This document shows, piece by piece, positions 63,451-64,000 of a DNA stretch of 64,000 bases (position 1 is the stretch's first letter; each line of letters starts with the position of its first letter). This stretch comes from Desulfurococcales archaeon. GTDB taxonomy: Archaea; Thermoproteota; Thermoprotei_A; Sulfolobales; WAQK01. Both the position numbers and the translations under genes were made by a program. The notes beneath the pieces were generated by a model that saw nothing but the letters and a program-made list of their open reading frames with translations, searched no databases and had not been told where the DNA came from. The stretch lies in contig JALWQH010000054.1 of the NCBI GenBank assembly GCA_027083135.1, positions 6,648-70,647 on the forward strand, in the 5' to 3' direction.

Positions 63451-64000
63451 CTATCTGCAAGGTAATTTCCCAGCAAGCTCTCCCAATCCTATGGTTTCCT
63501 GCGTTCTTGAAGTCATGTCCCTCAATGTTACAGCCTCCTCCTCAGCCTCCTTTTTACCGATTAGTATGACATGACTATACCCCTGTTCAGATGCGAAGGA
63601 GAGTATTTTCCTAAGCTTACGTGTTCTACCATGATATAGCTCAGCCACCGCTCCCATACTATGCACTGTTCTAAGAGCCGTAAGAGCCTGGACTAGGAAG
63701 TCCCTGGCGAGAGGAACAACAAGTACTCTTGCACAGGGCTTCCCGACGAGGCTTTTCCCCTCGGCTTTAAGCGCTAGGAGTGTTCTATCCAGGCCTATAG
63801 CAAAGCCTGTGGCTGGAGTGTGTTCCCCTCCGTACAGCTCTATCAAATTATCGTATCGTCCGCCGCCAGCTATGCTTAGCCCGAGACTCGGCACCATAAC
63901 TTCGTATATTAGGCCAGTATAATATGCCAGGCCCCGGGCAAATCCTAGATCTATGATTATTCTATCTCTACCTATAATCCCCCCTAAAATATCAGCTATC
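63451..64000 (-). CDS. hisS: histidyl-tRNA synthetase, C-terminal part (gene continues beyond the window)
   Basis: Frame is open to the window edge: ..RGLAYYTGLIYEV..GGGRYDNLIELYGG..ATGFAIGLDR (class II motif 3 region), plus the anticodon-binding domain. Confidence 0.8.
   Translation of the reverse strand, partial: IADILGGIIGRDRIIIDLGFARGLAYYTGLIYEVMVPSLGLSIAGGGRYDNLIELYGGEHTPATGFAIGLDRTLLALKAEGKSLVGKPCARVLVVPLARDFLVQALTALRTVHSMGAVAELYHGRTRKLRKILSFASEQGYSHVILIGKKEAEEEAVTLRDMTSRTQETIGLGELAGKLPCR

Overview
The window is a gene-dense chromosomal segment from a hyperthermophile-type archaeon (Thermoproteota/crenarchaeal style). Supporting genes: ribosomal protein S25e, topoisomerase VI A and B, aIF5A and deoxyhypusine synthase, SRP54, a free-standing ThrRS editing paralogue, an A24 prepilin peptidase, and seven CCA-encoding tRNA genes, five with introns (two at a non-canonical D-arm site). 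I cannot name the organism from sequence alone. The main feature is a 16,333-bp integrated virus- or plasmid-like element (21564-37942) in tRNA-Val(CAC). It is bounded by a perfect 46-bp direct repeat equal to tRNA nt 1-46. Its SSV-type tyrosine integrase gene is split by integration into Int(C) at the left end and Int(N) at the right end; the two halves join in frame to 413 codons. The element carries four modules. (1) A low-GC cargo islet with a translationally coupled membrane protein and HKD/PLD nuclease. (2) A block of small RHH/wHTH regulator genes. (3) A minus-strand operon with a 276-aa P-loop NTPase. (4) A 7.3-kb operon of tightly coupled genes for secreted or membrane-anchored glycoprotein-like proteins, including a LamG-lectin adhesin-like protein and a membrane-tethered trypsin-like protease. 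I recognise no known capsid protein, so I regard this element as the best candidate for an undescribed system. Other notable items are three inteins: one large intein in RadA, and a large plus a mini intein in a FlaI/TadA-like pilus ATPase. There is also a strong H/ACA guide RNA candidate, DUF433 toxin-antitoxin-like cassettes (one partner gene carries an in-frame TGA), and an AT-rich region of decayed toxin-antitoxin genes at the left edge. No CRISPR array, rRNA gene or IS element was seen. All protein family calls come from motif recognition by eye, not database searches.
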